Of a stretch of 64,000 nucleotides of DNA, positions 41,551-51,137 are shown one piece after another. Source of the DNA: Occultella glacieicola. GTDB taxonomy: Bacteria > Actinomycetota > Actinomycetes > Actinomycetales > Beutenbergiaceae. The notes beneath the pieces are model-generated. The model ran no database searches and was not told the origin of the DNA. It was given only the letters and a program-made list of their open reading frames with translations. A program made the position numbers and the translations under genes. The number at the start of each line of letters is the position of its first letter. The first letter of the stretch is position 1. The stretch spans positions 124,001 to 188,000 of the forward strand of contig NZ_SMNA01000001.1 in NCBI RefSeq assembly GCF_004353825.1. Direction: 5' to 3'.

Positions 41551-42882
41551 CTAGGGCGCCGCCGGCGGCGCCGGTACGGCGTTCGTGCCGCCGAGCAGCA
41601 CGGCCGTGTCGCAGGCGGCCGGAGGCGTCTCCACCCCGGGCGGCGCGCCCACCTGGCGGCAGTCGACCTCCACGACCAGCGACTCGCCGTCAGGCACCAC
41701 GAGCGGTGACTGGAAGTGGAAGTCGACTGTCCGGAAGTTCTCGAGGGCGAGGTCGAACACGACGTCCTCCCCGTGCCGGACCACGACCCGGCCGAAGTCG
41801 CCCTGGGGGTTCGAGAACACCCAGTCGGTCACCCGGAGGGTGGTGTCGGCGGGGACGGTGTGCGAGGCGGAGGTCGTGCTGCCGCCCTGACCGTCGGCGA
41901 CCTCCAGCCGGATGCTCGCCGGCGTCACGATCTCCGAGCCGCCGATCACCGACGCCACCGCATCCTCGACCTCGACCACACGCTCCTCGGCCGCGGCGGC
42001 GGAGTTGCCCGCGGTCTCGGCGGCGGATTGCGCACCCTGGGCAGCCTGTTGGGCCTGTTCCGCGGCCTGCTGGGCCTGCTCGGCCGCCTCGACGGCCTCC
42101 TGGCGTTCCTCCGCCACGGCGGCCTGGGCGGCCGACTCGATCGTGGGTTGCAGCACCGTGAACCAGAGCAGGGCGAGCAGGGCGAGCAGCGCCAGGAGTG
42201 CGAGCAGGGCCTTGAAGAACCACTTCGGCAGGATCGCCGTCTGCACATGCGAACCGTCCAGCGCCACCGGCGTGGTGGACTCGGTGGCAGCGGAGACCAC
42301 GAACGGGTGCGTCACGTCCGCGCCACGCCAGAACGACCTGATCGGCTTGACGTGCACCTTCGCGAAGGCGGCCTGCCCCGGATCGACGACCAGCTGCGGC
42401 GGCTGGATCCGGAAGATGAGGGCCGACTTGTCGTCGGTGCCGGCCAGGTTCACCGTCACCGGGACGTTGCCGCGGTTGTCCACGGCGACCTGGTGGGTGG
42501 CACCGCGGCGGCCGTGCGAGGATCGCGGGACGAGTTCGGCGGTCGTGTCGAGGTAGGGCAGGACCTCGACGACGCCCTCGGGAATCACCGCCTCCTCGGG
42601 ATGCTCCATTGGCACCACGCGCACACCGAAGTCGAACGAGCCGGCCGGGACCGTCCCGTCCTTCGGCGGCCGGAACGTGATCGACGCCGTCGTTGAGGTG
42701 TCCGGGTACAGACCGTCGATCTGCGCCGGCTCCACGGTCGCCCACGCGCCGGGGGTCCCGAGCACCTCGATCCGGTAGCCCTCGACGATCGTGCCGGTGT
42801 TGCGGATGCTCAGCGGCACCACGGCCTCCGAGCCCGCATCCAGCCGCAGGCTCGTGGAGTCGAGTTTCGCCAAGGTGGTCAT
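41551..42882 (-). CDS. CIS-associated single-pass membrane protein (Ig-like N-terminal domains, TM helix, coiled coil, C-terminal beta domain)
   Basis: LSIRNTGTIVEGY and VDNRGNVP beta-sandwich motifs; TM ALLALLALLALLALLWF; AEQAQQA coil. Confidence 0.72.
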   Translation of the reverse strand: MTTLAKLDSTSLRLDAGSEAVVPLSIRNTGTIVEGYRIEVLGTPGAWATVEPAQIDGLYPDTSTTASITFRPPKDGTVPAGSFDFGVRVVPMEHPEEAVIPEGVVEVLPYLDTTAELVPRSSHGRRGATHQVAVDNRGNVPVTVNLAGTDDKSALIFRIQPPQLVVDPGQAAFAKVHVKPIRSFWRGADVTHPFVVSAATESTTPVALDGSHVQTAILPKWFFKALLALLALLALLALLWFTVLQPTIESAAQAAVAEERQEAVEAAEQAQQAAEQAQQAAQGAQSAAETAGNSAAAAEERVVEVEDAVASVIGGSEIVTPASIRLEVADGQGGSTTSASHTVPADTTLRVTDWVFSNPQGDFGRVVVRHGEDVVFDLALENFRTVDFHFQSPLVVPDGESLVVEVDCRQVGAPPGVETPPAACDTAVLLGGTNAVPAPPAAP

Positions 42883-43051
42883 GGCCTCGACCGTATTCCC
42901 GCGGACACCCCGGGCGATCGCCCGCGAGGCGGGCCATCGGGGCAACGCTTCTGCCCGGTGAGTCAGCGTTGATTGCACGATCAGTGCGCTGAGCACACTG
43001 GTGCCCGAGCACCCGGTATCGGACATCGGGTGGGGGATGGGACAACTGGAC

Positions 43052-43675
43052 ATGGAACGCGTAGAGGTATGGGTGAGTGCCCGAGATCCGATCTCGGAGG
43101 CGGGCGTGGTGAGTGCGCTTCGGCCGCGGCCCGAGGTTCGGGTGCTGCGGGCCGATGAGGCGGATGACGCCCGGGTGGTCGTGGTCGTCACGGATGCGGT
43201 CGACGAGGATGCGCTCCGGATCATCCGCGTGGTGCATCGTCGAGGGCTCAGCAGGCCGGTCCTGGTGGCCGGGAGCCTGGACGGTTCGGATGTGGTCACC
43301 GCCGTGGAGGCCGGGGCAGTCGGGCTGGTACGTCGCAGTGAGGCGACGCCGGACCGGTTGATCCAGGTGATCACGGGGGCTGCCGTCGGGGAGGGTAGCG
43401 TCCCGCCGGATCTACTCGGCCGGCTGCTCGATCAGGTGGGCACGTTGCAGCGCCAGGTGCTGCGTCCCCGCGGCCTGACGTTCACCGGTCTGGCCACCCG
43501 GGAGATCGAGGTGCTGCGACTGATCGCCGACGGTCTGGACACCGCCGAGATCGCCGAGCACCTGGCCTACTCGGAGCGAACCGTGAAGAACGTGTTGCAT
43601 GACGTCACGACCCGGCTGCAGCTGCGGAACCGGTCGCACGCCGTCGCGTACGCGCTGCGCGAAGGCCTGATCTAG
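43052..43675 (+). CDS. Atypical LuxR/NarL-family response regulator (orphan)
   Basis: LATREIEVLRLIADGLDTAEIAEHLAYSERTVKN HTH; degenerate receiver; alternative start 43037. Confidence 0.9.
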   Translation: MERVEVWVSARDPISEAGVVSALRPRPEVRVLRADEADDARVVVVVTDAVDEDALRIIRVVHRRGLSRPVLVAGSLDGSDVVTAVEAGAVGLVRRSEATPDRLIQVITGAAVGEGSVPPDLLGRLLDQVGTLQRQVLRPRGLTFTGLATREIEVLRLIADGLDTAEIAEHLAYSERTVKNVLHDVTTRLQLRNRSHAVAYALREGLI

Positions 43676-43693
43676 GCGACCTCGGCGGGCGGG

Positions 43694-43719
43694 GGTGGGT
43701 GCCCGATCGGGCACCCACC
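43694..43719. promoter_or_regulatory. 26-bp perfect palindrome containing TGCCC-N4-GGGCA (operator and/or terminator)
   Basis: GGTGGGTGCCCGATCGGGCACCCACC; its core recurs at 50161 and 51025. Confidence 0.65.
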
Positions 43720-43845
43720 GGTGCCTAGAGGGCGGTCCGGGTGCGGCTCCCGCGGTCGGGCGGGGCACGGCACCGTGGGTTCGATGCGGCGGCCGGCCTG
43801 TCGGCCGAACCGGACGAGGACGAGCAGGAGTCGGGAAAGAGGTCC

Positions 43846-46800
43846 ATGGCACGCATGCTGGCGGTGACCGCTGCGCTGGGGCTGCTCGCCCCGGGCGCGG
43901 TCGCAGCCGTGCCCATGCCTCCGGTCACGGCCGAGTTGCCGGCGCCCGACGCGGCCTCGACGCGGGTCGCGTTCACCGAGCGCGGCGCTGGTCTCGGCCA
44001 GGCCGCGTGGAGCGTCCTCACCCCAGGTCAACTCGTCGGACCGGACGTGGAACTGCTCGAGGGCCGGGAGCAGGATTACGAGTTGTCCGTGACCCACGTG
44101 CAGTCGCCGCCGGAGGCCGTCTCCTCGTTCATCAGCACCCGCGATTCCGACGTGGGCGACGTCTACGTGCAGGGTGCCGAGGGCCCGGCGGTCCGGATCA
44201 CGTGCGACGAGGCCCGGGTCTCGCACCCGGTCGTGTCCCCGGACGGGCTGAGCGTCGCCTACTCCACCAGTGTGGACGACGGGCCGTGGCGGATCGTGGT
44301 CGCCGACATCGACGATCCACCGTGCACTGGGGGGACCGCGCCGGCGATCTCCGAGGGCGACTGGGACGACCTTTGGCCGGCCTGGCTGCCCGGATTCGGA
44401 AGCGAGACCCTGGTGTTCTCCTCCACCCGGCACGACCCGCTGGGGGACATCTACATGATCGACCGTGGGAAGGATCTCCTGTACCGGATCACGGAGGACC
44501 CCGGCGCGGACACCCAGCCCGCAGTCGGGGAGGTCGGCAACACGGTCGCGCTTGCGTTCACGACCACCCGGTTCCGCGCCGACGGCTCCCTCGCCGTCGT
44601 GGATCTGTTCGCCACGTCGCCGGAGGAACTCGAGGAGGCCGGCGAGATCGTCAGCCCGTTCAGCGGGACCATCGACCAGAGCAGCGAGCCGACCTGGGGC
44701 GTCAACGCGAACGAGGGTGTGGATGCGACGTTGTTGTACACGGGCACCAGGTACGACCCGTACGGCGACATCTTCTCGATCGACGTCACGGAAGAGGTCG
44801 AGTCGGAGTTCGGGACCCTGGCGTTCTCATCCGCAGGTCAGGTCGCGGAGGTATTCAGCCGCACCGATCGCGAGCCGCGGGCCGCCCCGTACTCGGAATC
44901 GCATCCGGCCTGGACGGTGACCCCGGGTGACGAACAGGAGGTCGGCGAGGACACCCGGGTGATCACGGCGACGTTCGGTGCGGCACAGTCGGACATCGGC
45001 GTGGTCGGCGCAGACGGTGCCGGGCGCGAGAGGCTGCCGGCGTCGACCGTCGACGTCGACGACGGCGGACCGGCTTACTCGCCGGACGGCGCCTGGGTGG
45101 TGTTCAGTTCGACGGTCACGGCGGAGGACGGGCGGGAGGGCGCTCGCCTCATGCTGGCTGCCGCCGACGGGAGCGTCGTGACTCCTCTCAACTATGCGTG
45201 GGACCCGGGGGTACCGCCCGGCTCGGAGGGCGAGGGGAGCCCGCCTGCCATCGACATCCATCCGGCCTGGTCCCCGGACGGGACCCGGATCGCGTTCGAG
45301 CGGATCTACCAGGGTGAGAGCGACGGGCAGGAGTTCCGGACGACCGAGGTCCTGATCGCGGACTTCGTGCCGGAGCCCGCCGGTGGCGACGTCCCGGTCG
45401 CCGCCACGCTATCGGTTCCCGGATACGGCAATCCGGACTGGTCACCGGACGGCCGCTACCTCGTCACGGCGGGGAGTCTCGAGCTGGCGGCGTACTCGGA
45501 CGTGGCGATCGTCGACCTTCAGGATCCAGATCCGGAGACCGCCCTCACGGGGCTGCAGTATGTGCCGCAGGGCTGCGGATCCGACGGCTGTCTGCCGGTC
45601 GGGGTCAACGGTCGCGCGCCGGCCTGGTCCCCGGACGGACGCACCCTGGCAATCGCCAACGTGTCGGTCCTCGGCCTCTCGAGCCTCGGGACGCGGGCCA
45701 TCTCTCCCGATGGCGAGACGACGCCCATCGCGCTGTTCACCGTGGACCCCGACGACCCGACCGCTCCGAGTCTCGAAGCGACACCGCTGGTGGGCTTCGA
45801 CGACCAGGGTCTGCCGACCCCGAGCCGCGCCGAACTGTCCAATGCGACCGATCCGGCCTGGTCCCCGGACGGCTCGGAGATCTATCTGGCCGGCCAACCC
45901 GCCGGCCTCGCCGACGACTGGGGAATCTACGCGATCCGGCCCGACGGAACCGGACTGCGGGAGGTGGCCCAGGGGCCCGGCCCGGAGATCGCCCCCGACG
46001 TCCAGCCCGACGTGGACCTGTCCCTGGCCATGACGGCGAGCCCGAACGTCGTCCCGGTGGGCGGCGCGAGCACCCTCACCCTGACGGTCCGCAACGAGGG
46101 CCTGCAGAGCGTCGGCACCTATCGGGTGCTCCTCGAGGCTCCCGCGGAGCTGCAGTTCGGCGAGCCACCGGCCGGGTGCACGGTCGACGACCTGGTGCTC
46201 ACCTGTGTCCCCACCGAGCCGATCGCACCGCTCGGCGTGAGCATCCTCGAGATCGCCGTGATCGGCCGGGTCCCGGGCACGACCGCGGAGGTGAGTGCGG
46301 TGGTGCTCCCGGGCGGACCGGACCGGGACGCCGACAACAACACCGTCTCGACCACGATCACCGTCACCGGCACCAGCATCGGCACCCAGGAGGCCGACCT
46401 GGACCTGAACCTCGCCGTCACCCCGCCGACCGGGTGGGTCGGCGGCCAACCGATGATCGCCAGGATCACGGTCACCAACAACGGTCCCGAGGCGATCACG
46501 AGCGCGACGGTCACGACCGGCTTCCCGGCCACCGTCGTCCCGACCGCTCTCGCGATCACGTCGACGGCCCCGGAGGATCTCGGCCCGCCCGTCGACCTCA
46601 CGGACCCCGTCACGGTCGCCTGCCTCACCGCGGCCGGGGCGTGCCCGATCGGGCCGCTCCTCGCGGGCGACTCCGTGGTGCTCGAGGCGAGCCTGCTCCC
46701 GGTCGGGCCGGCGGGCACCGGCGAGGTCACCGCGACCGTAGCCCTGGATCCGGCCGCCGCCCGGGTGGACGTGGACCCGGGCAACGACGCGGCGACCGCC

Positions 46801-47124
46801 GTCGTGACCGTCCTGCAGCCGGAGATCCGGCTGCTCCCGTCGGTCGCCCGGCCCGGGGACGTCGTGCTCGCCTACGGTGAGGACTTCCCACCCAACCAGG
46901 CGGTCACCCTGATCTGGACCCGGGGCATCACGGTCGATCCCGGACCGTACACGGTCACCCCGGAGGGCCGGTTGGTGGTCCCGATCGTTCTCGTCAGCCG
47001 GGACCTGCTCGGGGACCGGGAGATCGCGTCGACCTCCCCGGCCGGGGCGTTCGGTGAGGTCCGCGGCCCGCTGCTCGTGGTCGCCACCTCCGTCCAGGCA
47101 CCCAACTTCCTGTTCAGGGGCTGA
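43846..47124 (+). CDS. Secreted TolB-like (PD40/WD40) beta-propeller protein with C-terminal DUF11-like Ig domains
   Basis: Signal peptide; repeated P(A/D)(W/Y)SPDG; DL.L..T, T(V/I)TNNGP and D.D..NN Ig motifs. Confidence 0.8.
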   Translation: MARMLAVTAALGLLAPGAVAAVPMPPVTAELPAPDAASTRVAFTERGAGLGQAAWSVLTPGQLVGPDVELLEGREQDYELSVTHVQSPPEAVSSFISTRDSDVGDVYVQGAEGPAVRITCDEARVSHPVVSPDGLSVAYSTSVDDGPWRIVVADIDDPPCTGGTAPAISEGDWDDLWPAWLPGFGSETLVFSSTRHDPLGDIYMIDRGKDLLYRITEDPGADTQPAVGEVGNTVALAFTTTRFRADGSLAVVDLFATSPEELEEAGEIVSPFSGTIDQSSEPTWGVNANEGVDATLLYTGTRYDPYGDIFSIDVTEEVESEFGTLAFSSAGQVAEVFSRTDREPRAAPYSESHPAWTVTPGDEQEVGEDTRVITATFGAAQSDIGVVGADGAGRERLPASTVDVDDGGPAYSPDGAWVVFSSTVTAEDGREGARLMLAAADGSVVTPLNYAWDPGVPPGSEGEGSPPAIDIHPAWSPDGTRIAFERIYQGESDGQEFRTTEVLIADFVPEPAGGDVPVAATLSVPGYGNPDWSPDGRYLVTAGSLELAAYSDVAIVDLQDPDPETALTGLQYVPQGCGSDGCLPVGVNGRAPAWSPDGRTLAIANVSVLGLSSLGTRAISPDGETTPIALFTVDPDDPTAPSLEATPLVGFDDQGLPTPSRAELSNATDPAWSPDGSEIYLAGQPAGLADDWGIYAIRPDGTGLREVAQGPGPEIAPDVQPDVDLSLAMTASPNVVPVGGASTLTLTVRNEGLQSVGTYRVLLEAPAELQFGEPPAGCTVDDLVLTCVPTEPIAPLGVSILEIAVIGRVPGTTAEVSAVVLPGGPDRDADNNTVSTTITVTGTSIGTQEADLDLNLAVTPPTGWVGGQPMIARITVTNNGPEAITSATVTTGFPATVVPTALAITSTAPEDLGPPVDLTDPVTVACLTAAGACPIGPLLAGDSVVLEASLLPVGPAGTGEVTATVALDPAAARVDVDPGNDAATAVVTVLQPEIRLLPSVARPGDVVLAYGEDFPPNQAVTLIWTRGITVDPGPYTVTPEGRLVVPIVLVSRDLLGDREIASTSPAGAFGEVRGPLLVVATSVQAPNFLFRG

Positions 47125-47128
47125 GGCC

Positions 47129-47815
47129 ATGATCACCGAGGTCGACGACGCACTCCGGACCATGGTGCGGACCGCGCTGGGTGGTGCCGAGGCCGAGGTG
47201 GTCTTCGACGCACCCACCACGGACTGGGCCGCGCGTCGGAACGCCCCGACGGTCAACCTCTACCTCTACGACCTGCGCGAGGACCTGCGCAGGCGGACCA
47301 GGGGGTTCATCGAGACGCAGACCCCGGACGGGGTGGTCCGCTCCCACCCGCCGCGGTACTTCCGGCTCTCCTACCTCGTCACCGCCTGGACCCAGCGCCC
47401 CGAGGACGAGCACCGGCTCCTGGAGGTAGTGCTCGGACACCTCGTCCAGCACGAGGTCCTGCCCGAGCACGATCTGTTCCTGCCGCCCGGAGCGGACCCG
47501 GTGGTGCAGCTCCTGGTCGGTCTGCCGCCCCCGGAGGACCGCGGCTTCGCGGACGTGTGGAGTGCGCTCGGTGGCGAGCTGAAGCCGTCAATCGACGTGG
47601 TCGTGGTGGCGCCGCTCGCCGTGCGGCCCGGGCCGGCGGCGGGGCCGCCCGTGCGGGAGCCGCTCATCCTCGACGCCAAGGACGTGGTGCCCGACGGCGG
47701 AGCGGACGTCGGGCGGACGAAGCACAGTCCGCCGCCGCGCACCGAGGCGACCGGCCCTGCCGGAGGCGCCGACCGGCCGACGTCGCCGAAGGCCCGGGCC
47801 CGGGGGCGCCGGTGA
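47129..47815 (+). CDS. Pvc16/DUF4255 tail terminator-like protein
   Basis: PTVNLYLYDLRED, LSYLVTAW, DEHRLL, WSALGGELKPS. Confidence 0.88.
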   Translation: MITEVDDALRTMVRTALGGAEAEVVFDAPTTDWAARRNAPTVNLYLYDLREDLRRRTRGFIETQTPDGVVRSHPPRYFRLSYLVTAWTQRPEDEHRLLEVVLGHLVQHEVLPEHDLFLPPGADPVVQLLVGLPPPEDRGFADVWSALGGELKPSIDVVVVAPLAVRPGPAAGPPVREPLILDAKDVVPDGGADVGRTKHSPPPRTEATGPAGGADRPTSPKARARGRR

Positions 47816-50061
47816 CGACGACGCAGGACCCCACTCGGGTCGGCTCAGCGGGCCCGGAGGACCCAGCGGCCGGTCCCGCGCACGAGCGCAGGCCGGGCGA
47901 GCGGACCGAGGAGGCGGCGAGCATCGCCCACCTGCTCGGCCGCCTCGGCGTGCTCGAGGAGCGCATCCGTGCGCTGGTCGCCGAGCGCCGTGCCCACGAC
48001 CCACAGCCCGACGACCCGTTCCGTGGGCTCTACCTCAGCGACGAGGCGATCGAGGCGATCCTCGAACGCCGCCCCGGGCCGGCGCAGCCCACGCCGGCAT
48101 CCGTGCGGCTGGCGGACTGCGAGCGCGAGGCCGACGCGGCGCAGCATGCCGGGGCGCGGCTGCGGCTGCGGGAGGTCACCGACCGGTTCGGGCTGGACCC
48201 GCTCGATGTCGACCTGCTCCTGCTCGCGCTGGCCGCCGACGTCGACCCCCGGTTCGGGCAGTTCTTCGGGTACCTCAACGACGACGTGACCCGGCGGCGC
48301 CCGACCGTCGCCGTGGCACTGACGCTGTGCGACCGCCCCCTCGGTTCCGGCGCAGCGCGGGCCCACCTGATCCACGGCCCACTGATCGCCGGTGGCCTGG
48401 TGCGCATGGACGACGCGGACCAGCCGTTCCCGGTGCGGAGCCTGCGGATCCCGGACCGGGTGGCCGCCCACCTGCTCGGCGACGACGAGCCGGACCCGGC
48501 GCTCGCCGGTGTCCTGACCCCGGCGCCGGACACCGCCTGGGGCGACATCGACCCGCTGACCCGGGCGCTCGCCGCCGGGGTCGACCTGATCCACCTGAAG
48601 GAGGCGGCCACCGGCTCGGGACGGCTGCTCGGGATCGGAGCCCTGCACGCCCTCGGCCGGGACGCCGTCGTGCTCGACCTGCACCAACTCGCCGCCGCCC
48701 TCGACCCACCGGGCCTGGTCGACCTGGCGGTCCGCGAGGCCAGGCTCGGCGGGGCGGGTGTGGTGGCCGGTCCCGTGGAGGCGCTCGCCGAGACGTCCGC
48801 GGCCCGCTCGGCCCTGACGGCCCTCACGACGACTCTGACGAAGCCGAGTGCCACCGGCCCGGCCCGGTCCGGGCGCGACGTGCCGGTCCTCCTCGTCGGC
48901 TCCGCACCCTGGGACCCGGCCTGGGCGGCCCGGGCCCCCCTCCTCGTGGACGTCCCGGCCAGCACGGATGCCGAGCGGGCCGCGCTCTGGGCACGGGCCC
49001 TGGCCGATCCGGGGCCGGAGCCCAGCCGGGCGGCACCGACGAGCCCGCCCGGTCCGGACCCGGCCTTCGACCCCGAGGAGCTGGACGTCGCCGCGGCCAC
49101 GTCGCAGTACCGACTGGACCCGGAACAGGTGGTGCGGGCCGCGCGGGCGGCCCAGGTGCAGGCCCGGCTCGACGGCGGCCGGATCGCGGCCGAGCACCTG
49201 CGCCGCGGGGCTCGCGCCGAGAACGGCACCGCCCTGGACCGGCTCGCCCGCCGGATCGAACCGGCGGTCGGCTGGCCGGATCTGGTCCTGCCGCCGGCCA
49301 CCCTCACCGGGCTCCGGGAGCTGAGCCTGCGCGCCCGACACCGCGAACGGGTCCTCGGTGACTGGCGGATGCGCCCCGGGGGCGGCCGCGGGCACGGCGT
49401 CGCCGCCCTCTTCGCCGGCGACTCCGGCACCGGCAAGACGATGTCCGCGGAGGTGGTCGCCGGGGACCTCGGACTCGAGCTGTACGTCGTGGACCTGGCC
49501 ACCGTGATGGACAAGTACATCGGTGAGACGGAGAAGAACCTCGAGCGGATCTTCGCGGGGGCCGCACGTCTGAACGCGGTGCTGCTGTTCGACGAGGCGG
49601 ACGCCGTGTTCGGGAAGCGGTCGGAGGTCAAGGACGCCCACGACCGGTACGCGAACGTCGAGAGCGCCTACCTGCTCCAACGCATCGAGAGCTTCGACGG
49701 CCTTCTCATCCTGACCACGAATCTGCGCGCGAACATCGACGAGGCGTTCACCCGCCGGCTCGACGTCCTCGTGGACTTCCCGCTACCGGACGTCGAGTAC
49801 CGGCTCGCACTCTGGGACCAGTGCCTGGGGGCCGTGGTACCCCGGGCCGACGACCTCGACCTGGTGTTCTGCGCGGAGGCGTTCGCGCTCGCGGGCGGAG
49901 CGATCCGGTCGTCGGCGGTCACCGCCGCGTACCTGGCGGCGGCCGACGGCGGTCGGTTGGGGATGGTCCATCTGGTCACCGCGGTGCAGCGTGAGTACCG
50001 CAAGATGGGCCGGTTGAGCCTGCCGTCGGAGTTCGGGCGCTACTGGGACCTGATCGGCTGA
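47812..50061 (+). CDS. AAA+ ATPase (Afp15/Pvc15-like)
   Basis: GDSGTGKT, KYIGETEKNL, LLFDEAD, DRYANVE..YLLQRIE, AFTRR. Confidence 0.92.
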   Translation: MTTTQDPTRVGSAGPEDPAAGPAHERRPGERTEEAASIAHLLGRLGVLEERIRALVAERRAHDPQPDDPFRGLYLSDEAIEAILERRPGPAQPTPASVRLADCEREADAAQHAGARLRLREVTDRFGLDPLDVDLLLLALAADVDPRFGQFFGYLNDDVTRRRPTVAVALTLCDRPLGSGAARAHLIHGPLIAGGLVRMDDADQPFPVRSLRIPDRVAAHLLGDDEPDPALAGVLTPAPDTAWGDIDPLTRALAAGVDLIHLKEAATGSGRLLGIGALHALGRDAVVLDLHQLAAALDPPGLVDLAVREARLGGAGVVAGPVEALAETSAARSALTALTTTLTKPSATGPARSGRDVPVLLVGSAPWDPAWAARAPLLVDVPASTDAERAALWARALADPGPEPSRAAPTSPPGPDPAFDPEELDVAAATSQYRLDPEQVVRAARAAQVQARLDGGRIAAEHLRRGARAENGTALDRLARRIEPAVGWPDLVLPPATLTGLRELSLRARHRERVLGDWRMRPGGGRGHGVAALFAGDSGTGKTMSAEVVAGDLGLELYVVDLATVMDKYIGETEKNLERIFAGAARLNAVLLFDEADAVFGKRSEVKDAHDRYANVESAYLLQRIESFDGLLILTTNLRANIDEAFTRRLDVLVDFPLPDVEYRLALWDQCLGAVVPRADDLDLVFCAEAFALAGGAIRSSAVTAAYLAAADGGRLGMVHLVTAVQREYRKMGRLSLPSEFGRYWDLIG

Positions 50062-50096
50062 GCGGGCGCCGTCGGCAGACTCAACCGGTCGGGCGG

Positions 50097-50176
50097 TGCC
50101 CCTCCGGGCCGTCCGCCGCTCCGACGGGCTCGCCGCGCCTGCCCGGACGGCCCCCGCGCGGTGCCCGATCGGGCGC
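50097..50176. promoter_or_regulatory. Four TGCCC-N4-GGGC-like sites at 20-23 bp spacing upstream of the DUF4157 gene
   Basis: 50097 TGCCCCTCCGGGCC; 50117 CGCTCCGACGGGCT; 50140 TGCCCGGACGGCCC; 50162 TGCCCGATCGGGCG. Confidence 0.55.
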
Positions 50177-50264
50177 ACTCACGCTCGTGCGTAGCGACGC
50201 CGCCGGGTGACACGATCGCTGTTCCACCGATCCGCCGGACTCCGTCATGGAGAGGGGTGCTGTG

Positions 50265-51017
50265 ATGCACAGCCACGACCACACCGAGGACCTCGGACAG
50301 ATTCGGTCGGGCCCCGTCAGGCGCACCGAGGAGGGCTCCGGCGCCGCCCTGGCGGCCGCGGGAGCGGGCCGGCCGGACGTGCTCGGCTCCGCCGGCCTGC
50401 TGCGACTGCAGCGCACGGTCGGGAACGCGGGGGTCTCCGACCTGGTCGAACAGGAGCGCTCACCGGTCCTGGACGTGGTCGGGTCCGGCGGCGGGAACGC
50501 TCTCGACGACGACGTCCGCACCGACATGGAGTCGCGGCTCGGGCACGACTTCGGAGACGTCCGGGTGCACACGGACGGCGCCGCCAGCGCGTCCGCGGCG
50601 GCCGTGAACGCGCACGCCTACACGGTCGGCTCGAACGTGGTGTTCCAGCGGGACCGTTACGACCCGGGCTCCCACGAGGGCCGCACCATGCTCGCCCACG
50701 AGCTCACGCACGTGGTGCAACAGCGCAGCGGCCCGGTCGACGGCACGTCCACGGGTGACGGGGTGCGCGTCAGCGACCCGTCCGACCGGTTCGAGCGGGA
50801 GGCGGCCGCGAACGCCGAGCGGGTGATGTCCGCGCCGGCGCCGGCCGCTCCGGTGCAGCGCCACGGCGGGGCCGGGGAGGCCCCGGGTGGGTTCGTGCAG
50901 CGTGAGGGCGAGGAGGAGGAGCTCCAGGGTGCCTTCGTGCAGCGTGAGGGCGAGGAGGAGGAGCTCCAGGGTGCCTTCGTGCAACGTGAGGGCGAGGAGG
51001 AGGAACTCGAAGCGTGA
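50265..51017 (+). CDS. DUF4157 (eCIS core domain) protein
   Basis: LQRTVGN, DFGDVRVHT, AHAYTVG, LAHELTHVVQQ. Confidence 0.9.
   Translation: MHSHDHTEDLGQIRSGPVRRTEEGSGAALAAAGAGRPDVLGSAGLLRLQRTVGNAGVSDLVEQERSPVLDVVGSGGGNALDDDVRTDMESRLGHDFGDVRVHTDGAASASAAAVNAHAYTVGSNVVFQRDRYDPGSHEGRTMLAHELTHVVQQRSGPVDGTSTGDGVRVSDPSDRFEREAAANAERVMSAPAPAAPVQRHGGAGEAPGGFVQREGEEEELQGAFVQREGEEEELQGAFVQREGEEEELEA
50892..51008 (+). repeat. 42-bp tandem repeat, about 3 copies (FVQREGEEEELQGA)
   Basis: Units start at 50892, 50934 and 50976. Confidence 0.93.
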
Positions 51018-51137
51018 ACCCCGGGTGCCCGTTCGCGCACCCGCTGCTTCCCGACTGCTCGTCCGCGCGGACACTGTGCCCGGCCCCGGTCCCCGGCAGG
51101 CTGGTCTTCCCACAATCGATGCGCCCGAGGAGGCGAC

